A stretch of DNA of 32,134 nt from Octopus bimaculoides (lineage: Eukaryota). A program made the position numbers and the translations under genes. The first letter of the stretch is position 1. Every line of letters begins with the position of its first letter. The DNA lies in NCBI RefSeq assembly GCF_001194135.2, contig NC_069005.1, positions 27,539,518 through 27,571,651 on the forward strand, read 5' to 3'. Under the pieces are notes generated by a model, which saw only the letters and a program-made list of their open reading frames with translations, searched no databases and had not been told where the DNA came from. Shown here piece by piece: positions 30,991 through 32,134 of the stretch.

Positions 30991-31134
30991 GAGAAAAAGA
31001 TAGCTGTTTGAAATGTTAGTGGGAAATCGGTCAGTTTCGAAACATTGATGTCCAGGTCACAAAAGCAAAGTTTGAAGGGAACAGTAGTGATTTCCTTTGA
31101 TTTCTAGATAGAAGCAAATAGGAAATAACACTTA

Positions 31135-31403
31135 AAATTTTTTTAAAAAATGCACCCTTTTAAAGCCTAGCCAGGCTCATGGGCCCGGTTTCCCGGTTTC
31201 AATGGCATATGTGTTTCCCCCAGCTGGACGGGACACCAGTCCATCGCAGCGTTACTCATTTTTGCCGGCTGAGTGGACTGGAGCAACGTGAAATGAAGTG
31301 TTTTGCTCAAGAACACAACGCGTCGCCCGGTCCAGGAATCGAAACCACAATCTTACGATCATGATGCTGACACCCTAACCACTAAGCCACGTGCCTCCAC
31401 ATA
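31135..31403 (-). mobile_element. Full-length SINE family E with target-site duplication
   Basis: A-box tggcttagtgg and B-box ggtttcgattcc on the minus strand. 13-bp direct repeat gaaataacactta at 31122-31134 and 31404-31416. Confidence 0.85.
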
Positions 31404-31588
31404 GAAATAACACTTACTGACCAAAAACAAAAAAAAAAATTAAAAAATGAATAAATAAATAAAATTTTTGTTACACAGTGATTGTGTAAAGTGTTTGTTT
31501 TGCCCTCTTTGAATACAGGACCCGTGCTTATTACCAGCAATTCACATTCCTATGCTTATGGATTTCTCTATTTACGGTGTTTGTTTAG

Positions 31589-31721
31589 GTAGATACGATG
31601 CTCGTTCGCGAGTGCTGGCCAAACATCTTGCTTGGTTGTTTCGTATTAACTGGGACGACATCATAGATTTTGAGAAAACGTTCTCCGAGCAGTTGAAGAC
31701 AGATGCCTACAGGGTATCTCA
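31589..31721 (+). CDS. TMCO4: TMCO4-like exon (133 nt, phase 1-2): (G)RYDARSRVLAKHLAWLFRINWDDIIDFEKTFSEQLKTDAYRVS; the gene continues beyond the window
   Basis: TAG acceptor and CA|GTGAGT donor. GRYDARSRVL matches the TMCO4/DUF726-family motif G(H/x)YDARxRVL. Confidence 0.9.
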
Positions 31722-31792
31722 GTGAGTAAACTTTCTGCTCTCTCTTTCCATTTTCACCTGTATATTTACATAGGTGTGTGTGTATGTGTGTG

Positions 31793-32134
31793 TTTCTTTC
31801 ATCTTTTACTTGTTTCACTCATTTGGCTGTGGCCATGCTGGGGCACCGCCTTGAAGAACTTTAGCTGAATGTATCAATCCTGTACTTATTTTTTTTTTAA
31901 AGCCTGGTACTCATTCTGTTGGTCTCTTTTGCGAAACAGTTAAGTTACGGGGATGTAAACATACCAACACCAGTTGTGAACCAGTGGTGGGGGATGAAGA
32001 TGCAAAGACACATGCACACAGAGATATATACCTATACATACATATATATATATATATACATGTATGTGTGTGTGTATGTATATACACATACAATGGGCTT
32101 CTTTCAGTTTCTGTCGACCAAATTCACTCACAAG
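31793..32134 (-). mobile_element. SINE family A (runs off the window)
   Basis: Reverse complement of the tail, 3' body, internal microsatellite and the start of the 5' body. Confidence 0.85.

Overview
AT-rich, gap-ridden eukaryotic genomic DNA, dense in SINEs and microsatellites. The repeat repertoire looks like a coleoid cephalopod, most likely Octopus (inference). Most supplied ORFs are artefacts of microsatellites, N-gaps or repeats. The best-supported gene is the 5' part of a TMCO4 (DUF726-family) gene on the + strand. Four coding exons (26857-27703, 28233-28290, 28436-28580, 31589-31721) splice in frame with GT-AG sites and match the TMCO4 N-terminal region as I recall it. The first carries a 42 x 15-nt coding minisatellite giving a 210-aa Ser/Thr/Glu pentapeptide tract. 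A motif-dense housekeeping-type promoter at about 14850-14950 has a splice donor facing each way, suggesting a bidirectional promoter shared with an unidentified minus-strand gene (candidate exons 10671-10791, 8803-8834, 3380-3472). The rest is mobile DNA: several SINE families (labelled A-E here, one dimeric), Tigger and mariner remnants, a non-autonomous Helitron, piggyBac-type and hairpin MITEs, CR1-like and RTE LINE fragments, and a Penelope-like fragment with a minimal hammerhead ribozyme fold. All family assignments come from visual motif recognition, not database searches. Repeat boundaries are approximate.
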